NCBI GenBank assembly: GCA_963808975.1 | Contig: CAWEHR010000012.1 | Location: forward strand, 23,139 to 87,138 | Source: an uncultured Gammaproteobacteria bacterium | GTDB taxonomy: Bacteria > Pseudomonadota > Gammaproteobacteria > Pseudomonadales > JAHEGP01 | Direction: 5' to 3' | Length of the DNA stretch: 64,000 bases | Shown here: positions 30,365 through 40,816 of the stretch, one piece after another | Layout: each line of letters starts with the position of its first letter | Numbering within the stretch: position 1 is the first letter of the stretch | Notes under the pieces: model-generated | What the model was told of the DNA's origin: nothing | What the model saw: only the letters and a program-made list of their open reading frames with translations | The model's database searches: none | Translations under genes and position numbers: made by a program

Positions 30365-31401
30365 GAGACTAATTCAGCGCTCCATTGAAGGGTTTCGCCG
30401 GCGCGCAGCGGAACCATTGCATCATTGCCCAGCGGCAGGCTCTGCGGGGCGGGCCAGGTCGCCCGATACAGGCGCAGCGAGCGGCTATTGGTCGGCAGGC
30501 CGTAAAACGCCGGGCCATTTCGGCTGGCGAATCCCTCCAGTTTATCCAGCGCGCCCGCTGCGGCAAAGGCCTCGGTGTAAAGCTCGATAGCGGCATAGGC
30601 GGTATAACACCCTGCGCAGCCACAGGCGGCCTGCTTGGCATCGCGGGTATGAGGGGCCGAGTCCGTTCCCAGGAAAAATTTTGCGTTGCCGCTGGTGGCG
30701 GCGCCCAGCAGTGCCTGTTGGTGACGGCTGCGCTTGAGGATCGGCAGGCAGTAGTAGTGGGGTCGAATACCGCCGGCCAGCATGTGGTTGCGGTTGTACA
30801 GCAGGTGGTGGGCAGTGATGGTGGCGGCTACGTTGTTGCCGGCTGTGGTAACGAACGCGGCGGCCTCGGCGGTGGTGATATGCTCCAGTACCACTTTCAG
30901 GGCGGGGAAGCGTTGCAGCAAAGGCCGCAGTCGGCGCTCGATGAACTCGGCTTCGCGATCGAAAATATCGATGGCGGCGTCGGTGACCTCGCCGTGAACC
31001 AGCAACGGTAATCCCAGCTCCTGCATGGCCTCGAATACCGGCGTCAGTCGCTCCAGGTCGGTGACCCCGCTGGCGGAATTGGTGGTGGCGCCGGCGGGAT
31101 AGAGTTTCACCGCATAGACATGTTCGCAGTGATGGGCATCGACAATGTCCTGGCGCGAGGTGTTGTCGGTCAGGTATAGCGTCATCAGCGGGTTCCACTC
31201 ACGCCCGGCGGGCACCTGGGCGAGAATCCGCTGGCGGTAGTCAAGCGCCTGGCGGACGGTCACCACCGGCGGCGTCAGGTTGGGCATGATGATAGCACGG
31301 GCAAAACAGCGGCTGGCGTCGGCCACGGTCTGCTTCAGTGCGTCACCGTCGCGCAGGTGAAGGTGCCAGTCGTCGGGCTGGGTGATGGTGATTTCTTGCA
31401 T
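30361..31401 (-). CDS. pyrC: Dihydroorotase
   Basis: [34 protein letters not shown]. Confidence 0.97.
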   Translation of the reverse strand: MQEITITQPDDWHLHLRDGDALKQTVADASRCFARAIIMPNLTPPVVTVRQALDYRQRILAQVPAGREWNPLMTLYLTDNTSRQDIVDAHHCEHVYAVKLYPAGATTNSASGVTDLERLTPVFEAMQELGLPLLVHGEVTDAAIDIFDREAEFIERRLRPLLQRFPALKVVLEHITTAEAAAFVTTAGNNVAATITAHHLLYNRNHMLAGGIRPHYYCLPILKRSRHQQALLGAATSGNAKFFLGTDSAPHTRDAKQAACGCAGCYTAYAAIELYTEAFAAAGALDKLEGFASRNGPAFYGLPTNSRSLRLYRATWPAPQSLPLGNDAMVPLRAGETLQWSAELVS

Positions 31402-31626
31402 TGCGACCGGGGTCCGTTGAGTCAGGGGCTGCATCCTACCTGATTATACCGCTCATCGCAGCTATTGCATGGAGCTGACCGGTTGCGCTTGCTTAGGCCC
31501 GCCACCGGCCTGCGGGTGAATCGGGCCCGCAGGTGAATCAATAGTGCCAGAATGGCCCAAGGCAGTTTAGAATACGCGTTTTTTGCCCGCCCGGACCTTT
31601 GATCCGGCGTCACGCAGAGGTCGAAC

Positions 31627-32847
31627 ATGTCAGATATCAACAAAGTGGTCCTGGCCTATTCCGGTGGCCTGGATACCTCGGTCATCGTACGCTGGCTGCA
31701 GGATACCTACCAGGCCGAGGTGGTTACTTTCACCGCCGATATTGGCCAGGGCGAGGAGGTGGAGCCGGCGCGTGCCAAGGCCGAGGCACTGGGGGTCAAG
31801 GAAATCTATATCGAAGACCTGCGCGAGGAGTTCGTGCGTGATTATGTCTACCCCATGTTTCGCGCCAACACCGTCTACGAAGGCGAATACCTGCTCGGCA
31901 CCTCCATTGCGCGGCCGCTGATCGCCCGGCGGCTGGTCGAACTGGCTGAGCAGACCGGTGCCGATGCGATTTCCCACGGGGCGACCGGCAAGGGGAATGA
32001 CCAGGTGCGCTTCGAACTCGGGGCCTACGCACTGGCGCCGGGCATCAAGGTCATCGCCCCCTGGCGGGAGTGGGACCTTACCTCCCGCGAGACGCTGATG
32101 GCCTATTGCGCCGAGCGCAATATTCCGGTTGATTTCAGCAGCGCAAAGAAAAAGTCTCCGTATTCGATGGACGCCAACCTGCTGCACATATCCTATGAGG
32201 GCGATATTCTCGAGGATCCCTGGACCGAGCCGGAGGAGTCCATGTGGCGCTGGAGCGTGTCCCCGGAGCATGCGCCCGATACGCCCACGTACATCGAATT
32301 GAGCTATCGGGGTGGCGATATTGTCGCTATAGACGGTTGCACGATGAGTGCGGCCGAGGCGCTGGCCTACCTGAATAAAGTGGCCGGGGACAACGGCATC
32401 GGCCGGCTCGACCTGGTGGAGAACCGCTATGTCGGTATGAAATCCCGCGGTTGCTACGAGACCCCGGGGGGCACCATCATGCTCAAGGCGCACCGTGCCA
32501 TCGAGTCGATTACCCTGGATCGGGAGGTGGCGCACCTCAAGGATGAATTGATGCCGCGTTACGCCAGTCTGGTATATAACGGCTACTGGTGGAGCCCCGA
32601 GCGCAAAATGCTGCAAGCCGCGATTGACACGACGCAGCATGTTGTCAACGGTGTGGTGCGGTTGAAGCTGTACAAGGGCAATGTGATCGTGGTGGGTCGC
32701 CAGTCGGCGGACTCACTGTTTGATGAGAGTATCGCCACCTTTGAAGACGATGCCGGCGCCTACAACCAGCAGGACGCAGAGGGTTTTATCAAGCTCAATG
32801 CCCTGCGTATGCGCATTGCTGCCACCAAGGGTCGCAATCCGGTTTAA
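31627..32847 (+). CDS. argG: Argininosuccinate synthase
   Basis: [31 protein letters not shown]. Confidence 0.98.
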   Translation: MSDINKVVLAYSGGLDTSVIVRWLQDTYQAEVVTFTADIGQGEEVEPARAKAEALGVKEIYIEDLREEFVRDYVYPMFRANTVYEGEYLLGTSIARPLIARRLVELAEQTGADAISHGATGKGNDQVRFELGAYALAPGIKVIAPWREWDLTSRETLMAYCAERNIPVDFSSAKKKSPYSMDANLLHISYEGDILEDPWTEPEESMWRWSVSPEHAPDTPTYIELSYRGGDIVAIDGCTMSAAEALAYLNKVAGDNGIGRLDLVENRYVGMKSRGCYETPGGTIMLKAHRAIESITLDREVAHLKDELMPRYASLVYNGYWWSPERKMLQAAIDTTQHVVNGVVRLKLYKGNVIVVGRQSADSLFDESIATFEDDAGAYNQQDAEGFIKLNALRMRIAATKGRNPV

Positions 32848-32891
32848 TCGTCCAGCCCAACCCACAGGGGGGGCCAAGGAGTCTGTAACTG

Positions 32892-33296
32892 ATGGAATTA
32901 TCGCGCAAACCCGGCACCCACTCGCTGCTGATGGGCTATCTGCTGTGGATATTCGGGTTCATCGGAGCCCATCGTTTTTATTATGGCAAGCCGGTCACCG
33001 GGACTATCTGGTTTTTTACCCTGGGGCTGCTTTTCGTCGGCTGGATTATCGATCTGTTCCTGATTCCCTCGATGGCAGAAAAAGCGGACCTGCGCTTCGA
33101 CTTTGGCCCGGTAAACTACTCGGTGGCCTGGCTGCTGCTGACGTTCCTGGGCGTATTCGGTATTCACCGTCTTTACATGGGCAAGTGGCTGACGGCTATC
33201 CTGTACCTTTGTACCGGCGGCTTCCTGATGCTGGGAGTGCTGTACGATTTTCTCACTCTCAACGAGCAAATCAGTGAACGAAACCGCTTGATGTAG
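32892..33296 (+). CDS. TM2/NINE domain membrane protein
   Basis: Two GxHRxYxGK repeats. Confidence 0.88.
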   Translation: MELSRKPGTHSLLMGYLLWIFGFIGAHRFYYGKPVTGTIWFFTLGLLFVGWIIDLFLIPSMAEKADLRFDFGPVNYSVAWLLLTFLGVFGIHRLYMGKWLTAILYLCTGGFLMLGVLYDFLTLNEQISERNRLM

Positions 33297-33469
33297 CAGC
33301 TCGCCAGCCCGCTTGGTTCGCCACTTTGGCTATGCTAGTATCCGTGCCGCGAGCAGGGTTTTGCGGTTGTCGGTGGGCGCAGCCCGATCGGGTCGGCAGG
33401 CGCTGCTCACATTGCCGCTACCGTCAAATCTTCTGTACACCTGAAAGACACCCACCTGGGGGGGCAACA

Positions 33470-33838
33470 ATGAAGTTTCTGGTACTGCTTGTCGGCATTT
33501 TCATCATTGGCATATGTATGACGTATTTCGTGTTCCCCCGGCTTATCGAGGACCTTATCCAGTGGGTGGGAGAAAAGCGCAATCTTCTGTACATGGCAGC
33601 GACACGCCTGGTTCTAGGCATTATCCTGTTGTTGGGCGCCGATACCACCAACTATCCGACGGCAATCTGGTGGCTGGGCATACTGTTTGTGGCCGCCGGG
33701 CTGCTGTTGTTGTTCTTTCCCGCCGACGCCATCAAGCGTATCACCGCAGTGTGGCTTGATCGTCCCATCGCGGTGATCAGGGCCTGGGTGATGATCCCCC
33801 TGGCTATCGGTATATTCGTGGTGGCTTCGGTGATGTAG
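33470..33838 (+). CDS. Hypothetical 4-TM membrane protein
   Basis: Four hydrophobic segments. Confidence 0.7.
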   Translation: MKFLVLLVGIFIIGICMTYFVFPRLIEDLIQWVGEKRNLLYMAATRLVLGIILLLGADTTNYPTAIWWLGILFVAAGLLLLFFPADAIKRITAVWLDRPIAVIRAWVMIPLAIGIFVVASVM

Positions 33839-33894
33839 GGGTCTACAGTGAGCCCGGCAGAACTATTCGCCGTGCATCACTTCCCCTGAGGCCT

Positions 33895-34437
33895 TCAGTG
33901 CTTCACTGGCCGCTTCTGCAATTTGCGCTGCAACGTTCTGCGGTGCATCCCCAGTGAGCGAGCAGTCGCTGAAATATTGTTGCCGTTTTCCCGCAACACC
34001 CGCTGGATGTGCTCCCATTCCATGCGCTCCACCGACGGTGGGTTGTCGGCTATCGCTATACCGGGGTTCGCCGCATTGGACTCCAGTGCAGCCACCAATT
34101 CATCGGTCCCCGCCGGTTTACAGAGGTAGTTCTGGGCTCCCAGCTTGATCGCTTCCACCGCGGTGGCAATGCTGGAATAACCGGTTAGCACCAGGATGCG
34201 CATGTGTGGGCACACCCCCAGTAACTGTGGAATCAGCTGCAGGCCACTGGTGGCGCCCAGGTTCAGGTCGAGCACCGCGCGCCCGGGCTGCAGCCCGCCG
34301 GCCTGCTGCAGCGCCGCCTCAGGGTTGGCGGCGCAGGACACACTGTATCCGCGCCGGGTCAGGGCGCGGGCGAGCACCGACGTAAACAGCTCGTCGTCAT
34401 CAACCAAAAGGATGCGGGTTGGGGTGGGTTCATTCAT
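33895..34437 (-). CDS. regA: RegA/PrrA/RoxR-family response regulator
   Basis: EWEHIQRVL...NISATARSLGMHRRTLQRKLQKRP. Confidence 0.93.
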   Translation of the reverse strand: MNEPTPTRILLVDDDELFTSVLARALTRRGYSVSCAANPEAALQQAGGLQPGRAVLDLNLGATSGLQLIPQLLGVCPHMRILVLTGYSSIATAVEAIKLGAQNYLCKPAGTDELVAALESNAANPGIAIADNPPSVERMEWEHIQRVLRENGNNISATARSLGMHRRTLQRKLQKRPVKH

Positions 34438-35674
34438 CCTGATCCGTCCTCGTCGCCGGCAGTGTCACGCGGGTGCAGGTGCCGCCGGATTCACGCGCAT
34501 AGAGTGTCACGTTACCGCCAAACCGGGTAACGGTGGCATGGGTGAGAAGCAGGCCGATACCCAGCCCGCTTTCACTGTTGATGATAATCGGCTTGCCGAT
34601 CTGGTCGACAATATCGGTGGGCAGTCCCGGGCCATTGTCGACTATCTCCATCGCAACAGATTCGTCTTCACTGCCTATGCTGACGCTGATTGCCGCCGGG
34701 CTGGCGTTGGCGGCATTGTCCAGCAGGTTGATCAGTGCCTGCTTGAGGGTGGCGTCGCCGCTCACCTGGAGTTTATCCAACTGTGGGTCGATCTCAAGCG
34801 CCAGGGCTGTGGATGGGTGCAGCAGGTGCCAGTCGCGCATCAGTTCGCGAAAATAGGCACCGGCCCGGTACTGGCTGGGGACACCCTGGCGTTTACTATC
34901 GGCCGTCGCCACCAGTTTCTTCAGCGTTGAGCGGCAGTTATCCACCTGGCTTGCGAGGATATCCAGGTCTCTGCGCAATGCCGGATTGGCCGCGCTATCC
35001 TGCTGCAGTTCCTCCAACAGAATCTTCATGGTCGACAGCGGCGTCCCCAGTTCGTGGGCGGTGCCGGCTGCCAGCGTCGCAACCGCCATGATCTGCTCGT
35101 CGCGCAGGTCTTCCTCGCGCAGTTGGTTCAGCAAGTGCTCGCGATCGCGCAGGGCCTGGGCCATGCGCACCACGAAATAGGTGATCAGCAGTGCGCTGAC
35201 GGTAAAGTTGGCCCACATGCCGATAACGTGGAGGCCGGGACCGTCGCTGGGGTGATGGTGCGGCGCCACGGCCTCCAGGGGCTGGTTGTATACCAGCAGC
35301 AGCGAATAAATTGCAATGCACAGCAGTGCCACAACCCAGGTATAGCGCCAGCTCAGGGTAGCGGCGGCAATCGACAGGGGCACCAGGAAGTAGGAGATAA
35401 ACGGATTGGTCGCGCCCCCGCTGAAGTACAGTATCAGGCTCAGCCCGAGGATATCGGCAAGGATTTGCAGCAGAAATTCGAACTCTGTAACCGGCCATGG
35501 CTGATGGCTACGCAGCCAGGAAACGATATTGAAGCCCACCAGCACCAGCAAAATGAGTCCCAGGGCGGTGTACGGAACTTCGAGCTGGTAGATGTAGGCA
35601 AAGCCCAGCGCGACCACCATGGTGCCCAGCAACACCAGCCGGACCAGGCAAAGACGCCGCAGATTATCGCTCAT
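34430..35674 (-). CDS. regB: RegB/PrrB/RoxS-family sensor kinase
   Basis: SGGATNPF quinone-binding motif; AHELGTPL; DNCRSTL redox Cys. Confidence 0.92.
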   Translation of the reverse strand: MSDNLRRLCLVRLVLLGTMVVALGFAYIYQLEVPYTALGLILLVLVGFNIVSWLRSHQPWPVTEFEFLLQILADILGLSLILYFSGGATNPFISYFLVPLSIAAATLSWRYTWVVALLCIAIYSLLLVYNQPLEAVAPHHHPSDGPGLHVIGMWANFTVSALLITYFVVRMAQALRDREHLLNQLREEDLRDEQIMAVATLAAGTAHELGTPLSTMKILLEELQQDSAANPALRRDLDILASQVDNCRSTLKKLVATADSKRQGVPSQYRAGAYFRELMRDWHLLHPSTALALEIDPQLDKLQVSGDATLKQALINLLDNAANASPAAISVSIGSEDESVAMEIVDNGPGLPTDIVDQIGKPIIINSESGLGIGLLLTHATVTRFGGNVTLYARESGGTCTRVTLPATRTDQDE

Positions 35675-35755
35675 TGCCGAGCGGTGAAAGCTGGTCAAGG
35701 GGGTACTCCGAAAACGCAACGGGCGCCGATTATAACGTACCGGGGTGTTGGTCGC

Positions 35756-36448
35756 TCAACCCAGCGGTCCTGCGGGTGCGGGCTGTGGGCTCAACACCAG
35801 TTGGATGGCGCGCAACATGGTTGCGTACACGAAGCCCGGCTTGAAGCGCTTGGCGGCCTGCAGCGTGGCGAGGTATTCCAGGTGATTGATGGCTGCCATA
35901 ATCACCGCGGCATCGGTGCTCGCGTAAGAAGACCCCGTCGCCGCCAGCCCTTTTTCGATAAGGTTATGCACCTCGATCACGTTATCGGCAATGCATTGCC
36001 TGAGCACCTCGTTGTGCATCGCATCATTTCGAAAAGCACTTTCCAACTGCCGCGTGTCGGGGCGGGTTGCGCGTGATTCAATGTGTTCGGTCAGCAGGCT
36101 GGCGAGCTCCCGGGAAAGCGCATCGCGGATTTGGGGATCAACCAGCCCACGCTGGTTGAAGTCACTAATGACGTGAAAGCAGGTTTCTCCCAGAAGCCGG
36201 TCTTCAGCACGCATGCGCTCTGCAAACAGGATAAAGGCATCGTTGATCAGTTGGTCGATATGCTCGAAGTAATAGGTTGTGGCCGCCAGCGGCACATTCG
36301 CTTCGCTGGCGACCGCCCGGTGGCGGATACCGCGGGTGCCCTCCCGGGAAATGATCCGCAGAGCGGCTTCAAGCAGTTTTATACGACGCTCGGTGCTACC
36401 TTTGCGGCTGGTTTTCCTGCCCCGGTAATTGCTCTCTTCTTTAGCCAT
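35756..36448 (-). CDS. TetR-family transcriptional regulator
   Basis: HRAVASEANVPLAATTYYF HTH. Confidence 0.9.
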   Translation of the reverse strand: MAKEESNYRGRKTSRKGSTERRIKLLEAALRIISREGTRGIRHRAVASEANVPLAATTYYFEHIDQLINDAFILFAERMRAEDRLLGETCFHVISDFNQRGLVDPQIRDALSRELASLLTEHIESRATRPDTRQLESAFRNDAMHNEVLRQCIADNVIEVHNLIEKGLAATGSSYASTDAAVIMAAINHLEYLATLQAAKRFKPGFVYATMLRAIQLVLSPQPAPAGPLG

Positions 36449-36662
36449 TGCTGCTGTTATCGACTGCTGCTTGCTATTGGGTAATTGTTATTGTTACGTT
36501 CTCTCACGCGTCGACAAGTTCCCGTATAGTAGCCCGATGGTAACCTATCCCACGGTGGGATCAAAACGGTCGTGCTGCTTGCGAACAGCTAACGCACAGG
36601 TGCGCTCCAACGCGATTGAGAGCGCTGCCATTTCCCGCTCGCCAACGAGGTACGGTGGTGTT

Positions 36663-36839
36663 ATGACGAATTTGTTGTTGGTACTGGCAGTCTTGTTTGT
36701 ATCCCTGTTCGTGCTGGTGAAAGTGCTGGATGGCAGGGCCAGTCCGCTCTCGCCCGAGCAACAGGCGCGTCTGTCGAAATGGCTGATGATCCTGGTATTC
36801 CTGTCTATTGTGCTGGCCTTGTTCCGCACCTGGATGTAG
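36663..36839 (+). CDS. Small two-TM hypothetical protein
   Basis: 58 aa with two hydrophobic helices. Confidence 0.6.
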   Translation: MTNLLLVLAVLFVSLFVLVKVLDGRASPLSPEQQARLSKWLMILVFLSIVLALFRTWM

Positions 36840-36983
36840 TGTCCGCGGCCGCTCATAGTACACAGCGCTCAACTTTGTAAAAGCCCCGGGCCCGGTGTAG
36901 AATCTGCGCCCATAATTGATAATCCGATAGCATGCTGCACAGAGCAGGGAACGTGCTGCCATTCCTCCACTAGAGACCTTGAT

Positions 36984-37601
36984 ATGACAGAGCAAAAGGC
37001 AACCAATGTGCATTGGCACGAGGGTGATATTACCCGCGAAGACCGCAACAAGTTGTTAAACCAGAAGGGCGCGACACTCTGGTTCACCGGTTTGTCTGGC
37101 AGCGGCAAGAGCACGGTTGCGGTGGCCCTTGAAGGCGCGTTGCTGGAGCGCGGCAACCTGAGCTACCGCCTGGATGGCGACAATGTGCGGCTGGGCATCA
37201 ACAAGAACCTCGGCTTCAGCGCTGAGGACCGCACCGAGAACATCCGCCGCATCGGTGAGATCGCCAAATTGTTTGTCGACACCGGCGTGATCACCCTGTC
37301 CAGTTTCATCAGCCCCTACCGGGCCGACCGGGATGTCGTCAGGGCGCTGCATGACGCCGGCGATATGGACTTTATCGAGATCTATGTTGCGTGCAGCCTC
37401 GAGGAAGCCGAGAAGCGCGATCCCAAGGGCCTTTACAAGAAGGCGCGGGCCGGGGAGATCAAGAATTTCACTGGTATCGATGATCCCTACGAGGAACCCC
37501 TGGATCCCGAAATCGTGCTCCACAGCGATACCATGAGCCTGGAAGAGGAAGTCGGTCTGCTGCTGCAATTGCTGGTCGATCGCGGCATCATCAACCCCTG
37601 A
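36984..37601 (+). CDS. cysC: Adenylyl-sulfate kinase
   Basis: WFTGLSGSGKST, LDGDNVR, RDPKGLY. Confidence 0.97.
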   Translation: MTEQKATNVHWHEGDITREDRNKLLNQKGATLWFTGLSGSGKSTVAVALEGALLERGNLSYRLDGDNVRLGINKNLGFSAEDRTENIRRIGEIAKLFVDTGVITLSSFISPYRADRDVVRALHDAGDMDFIEIYVACSLEEAEKRDPKGLYKKARAGEIKNFTGIDDPYEEPLDPEIVLHSDTMSLEEEVGLLLQLLVDRGIINP

Positions 37602-37627
37602 ACCCCGCCCAATACCGGAGATCTACC

Positions 37628-38821
37628 ATGATAAAACCCCACGGAGCAGACCAGCTCAAGCCGCTTTTCGTGTACGACGAAGCCCGTCGCGAGGCGCTGC
37701 TGGCTGAAGCCCACACCCTGCCATCCATCGTTGTCAGCTCGGCTGCCGCAGCCAATGCAGTGATGCTGGGCGGCGGCTACTTCACTCCGCTCGATGGCTA
37801 CATGAATCTGGCTGACAGCCTCAGCGTGGCGGAAAACATGCATACCACCGATGGCCTGTTCTGGCCGGTGCCGATCGTCAATATCGTGGACGATATCAGC
37901 GCCATAGAGGGCGCCAGCCGAATCGCACTGCGCGATCCCAATGTCGAAGGCAACCCGGTACTGGCGATAATGGACGTCGAGGCGATCGAGCCGGTGTCGC
38001 CGGAACAACTGAAAAGTATGTCGGAGCAGGTTTTTGCCACCACCGACCCCAAGCATCCCGGTGTTGCGACCTTCACCGCGCTTGGTCGCTACCTGTTGTC
38101 GGGCGCTATCGAGGTTCTCAACTTCAGCTACTTCCAGACTGATTTTCCCGACACCTTTCGCACCGCCGTAGAGATTCGCAACGAGATACAGGAGCGTGGC
38201 TGGGACAAGGTAGTCGCCTTCCAGACCCGCAACCCCATGCACCGCGCCCACGAGGAATTGTGTCGCATGGCGATGGAGGACCTCGGTACCGACGGCATCC
38301 TCATTCATATGCTGCTGGGCAAGCTCAAGCCCGGCGATATTCCCGCCGATGTGCGCGATGCATCGATTCGCAAGATGGTCGAAGTATACTTCGAACCAAA
38401 CACCGTGATGGTGACCGGTTATGGCTTCGACATGCTCTATGCCGGCCCCCGCGAAGCCGTATTGCACGCGATATTCCGCCAGAATTGCGGCTGCAGCCAC
38501 CTGATTGTAGGCCGCGACCATGCCGGTGTTGGCGACTACTACGGCGCCTTCGACGCGCAGACGATTTTCGAGGAGCAGGTGCCCGAGGGAGCCCTCGAAA
38601 TCGAGATCTACAATGCCGACCACACCGCCTTTTCGAAGAAGCTCAACAAGGTAGTGATGATGAAAGACGCCCCCGATCACAGCCAGGACGACTTTGTGCT
38701 GCTGTCGGGAACCAAGGTGCGGGAAATGCTGGGTAAGGGTATCGCACCGCCGGTTGAGTTTTCCCGCCCGGAGGTGGCCCAGATCCTGATGGATTACTAC
38801 CAGATCGTTGACAGTAAATAG
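37628..38821 (+). CDS. sat: Sulfate adenylyltransferase (Sat type)
   Basis: VAFQTRNPMHRAH, AGPREA, GRDHAG, LSGTKVR. Confidence 0.96.
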   Translation: MIKPHGADQLKPLFVYDEARREALLAEAHTLPSIVVSSAAAANAVMLGGGYFTPLDGYMNLADSLSVAENMHTTDGLFWPVPIVNIVDDISAIEGASRIALRDPNVEGNPVLAIMDVEAIEPVSPEQLKSMSEQVFATTDPKHPGVATFTALGRYLLSGAIEVLNFSYFQTDFPDTFRTAVEIRNEIQERGWDKVVAFQTRNPMHRAHEELCRMAMEDLGTDGILIHMLLGKLKPGDIPADVRDASIRKMVEVYFEPNTVMVTGYGFDMLYAGPREAVLHAIFRQNCGCSHLIVGRDHAGVGDYYGAFDAQTIFEEQVPEGALEIEIYNADHTAFSKKLNKVVMMKDAPDHSQDDFVLLSGTKVREMLGKGIAPPVEFSRPEVAQILMDYYQIVDSK

Positions 38822-38893
38822 CAAGGTCGACGCTTTTTTTGAACATCAAGGCCCTCCCCGAGAGGGCCTTCTCGTTTGCCAGGAGGCAATTGG

Positions 38894-39190
38894 ATGGATT
38901 TACAGCAACAGCAGCAGGTCGAAGCCCAGGTATTGCGCCGCCTATTGGCGCACCTCGATGAGCGCAAGGATGTCCAGAACATCGATCTTATGAACCTGGC
39001 GGGGTTTTGTCGCAACTGCCTGGCCAAGTGGTATGCCGGCGCCGCCGTTGAGGCTGGTGAGGACATGGATCTCGAGCAGGCCCGGGAAGTGGTTTATGGC
39101 ATGCCCTACAAGGAGTGGAAAGCTAAGTACCAGACCGAGGCGACCCCCGAGCAGCAGGCGGCATTTGATGCCGCGCGCAAAGCGGACTAG
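38894..39190 (+). CDS. DUF1244 family protein
   Basis: VQNIDLMNLAGFCRNCLAKW, YGMPYKEWK. Confidence 0.88.
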   Translation: MDLQQQQQVEAQVLRRLLAHLDERKDVQNIDLMNLAGFCRNCLAKWYAGAAVEAGEDMDLEQAREVVYGMPYKEWKAKYQTEATPEQQAAFDAARKAD

Positions 39191-39238
39191 CCGGCGCGCG
39201 GCCCGGGTATTCGCGTGCCGCCGGCAGGGGAATGGAGC

Positions 39239-39646
39239 CTAAAGCACCGGACCATTGGGAATAAAGCGGTTGTCGCTGTGTTCCTTGATCCACGCCAGGT
39301 CGTCACGGCCGAGTTTTGCCCCGCGCTGTTTGAGCATTCGATGCAGGGCGATAACGGGTGACTTGGCGCCGATGCTGCAGCCCGGAATCTGCATCTCGGC
39401 AACCGCAAGTGCCTTGATCAGGTGCACCAGTTCAGCAGCGTCGCAGTCGCCGGCGGCCTGCATCCAGGCATCGTCGCCGCTATGCATCGCGGCGCCCAGC
39501 CACTTTTGCTGGTCGGGGTCCAGTCGTTCCGCCAGCCGCTGTAATTTGTCCTGCTGGCTGAGCGCCACCAGCACGGCCAATTGTCGCGGTTCGATTGCTT
39601 GCAGGGACCGCTCGCCCCCGGGTTGCCATTCCCCTATTGCCATCAT
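39239..39646 (-). CDS. Conserved hypothetical protein
   Basis: GAKSPVI...WIKEHSDNRFIPNG C-terminus; GGAG RBS. Confidence 0.7.
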   Translation of the reverse strand: MMAIGEWQPGGERSLQAIEPRQLAVLVALSQQDKLQRLAERLDPDQQKWLGAAMHSGDDAWMQAAGDCDAAELVHLIKALAVAEMQIPGCSIGAKSPVIALHRMLKQRGAKLGRDDLAWIKEHSDNRFIPNGPVL

Positions 39647-39850
39647 CCTTACTCCCTTGAAGCCTGGTCTCGATTGTACGCCAAACGGGGTGGGTGACAA
39701 CCTCACCACGGCGCCGGGTTGCGCTTGCGCAAGCTGATTTTCCAGGGTCGGCAAGGGGAAGCCGGCAAGGGCTTGTATCGCGGGCTCTCCCGCGGCATGA
39801 TAACGGGTTAGTCAATTTTGACGGCCAAACCTGCGGAACGACGACTGGTA

Positions 39851-40816
39851 ATGTCCTGGATTAGAAAGATACTGACGGCACCCTGGCTCGCGTTCCTGGT
39901 GCTTGGGGGAATTGGCTACAGCCTGTTCCCCAACACCGTCGAAAAGCCCCTGATTCACATTAGCAACAGCGATTTCAAAACCTATCGCGATGCCTGGGTA
40001 CGACAAAACAGAATGACGACCACCCCGGAACTGGATCAGCGCCTGCTCGATCAGATGGTGGCGGAAGAGGCACTTGTGCAACGGGCGCTGGCGATGAATC
40101 TGCAGTCGCTGCCGGTGGTCCAGGACCGCCTGAAAAAGCTGGGCTCCTTCCTGGAGGAGGACAATCCGGTGCCGCCCAGCGACGATGAGTTGATCAACCG
40201 CGCATTAGAGCTGGGGCTACTGCAAACCGACCCGGTGATCCGTCGCTACCTGGTGAGCACCCTGGAGCGGGCCATGGTGGCATCGGTGCCGCTGGAGATC
40301 AGCGAGCAGGAGATTGAAGACTACTACCGGCAGAACCAGGAAGACTACGTGATAGCGTCGCGCCGGGATATCCTGCACGTGTACTTCAGTGTCGACGACG
40401 GCGCAACCGCCGCGACCGCCGCCGCCGCCCGGGAAGGGCTTGCCAGTCCGCGTCAAATCGAAAACCTGGACGCCATCTTCTCCCGCGGTAATGTGTTTTA
40501 CAGCGGTCACGTCTTTACCGGCAAAAACCAACAGCAACTCGCCAATATTTTCGGCTCTGAGTTCGCCGCCGAGGTAGAGCAACTGCAGCCCGGCGCATGG
40601 TCACGGCCGGTGCGCTCCGCCTACGGCTGGCATCTGGTATGGCCGGATAATGTAGAGCCCGCGGTAACGCCGCCACTGGAGGATGTCAGGGACAAAGTGG
40701 TGTCCCGGGTGAAGCAGGGCAAGGAAAAAGAGCTGCTGCAAGAGCAGGTGGAACTGTTGAAGAAGGAGTATGACATCGTGGTGGATAGGCGGGAACCCGC
40801 GGGGTCGGCATCATGA
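39851..40816 (+). CDS. PpiC/parvulin-type peptidyl-prolyl isomerase-like protein
   Basis: N-terminal TM; WSRPVRSAYGWHLV. Confidence 0.85.
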   Translation: MSWIRKILTAPWLAFLVLGGIGYSLFPNTVEKPLIHISNSDFKTYRDAWVRQNRMTTTPELDQRLLDQMVAEEALVQRALAMNLQSLPVVQDRLKKLGSFLEEDNPVPPSDDELINRALELGLLQTDPVIRRYLVSTLERAMVASVPLEISEQEIEDYYRQNQEDYVIASRRDILHVYFSVDDGATAATAAAAREGLASPRQIENLDAIFSRGNVFYSGHVFTGKNQQQLANIFGSEFAAEVEQLQPGAWSRPVRSAYGWHLVWPDNVEPAVTPPLEDVRDKVVSRVKQGKEKELLQEQVELLKKEYDIVVDRREPAGSAS

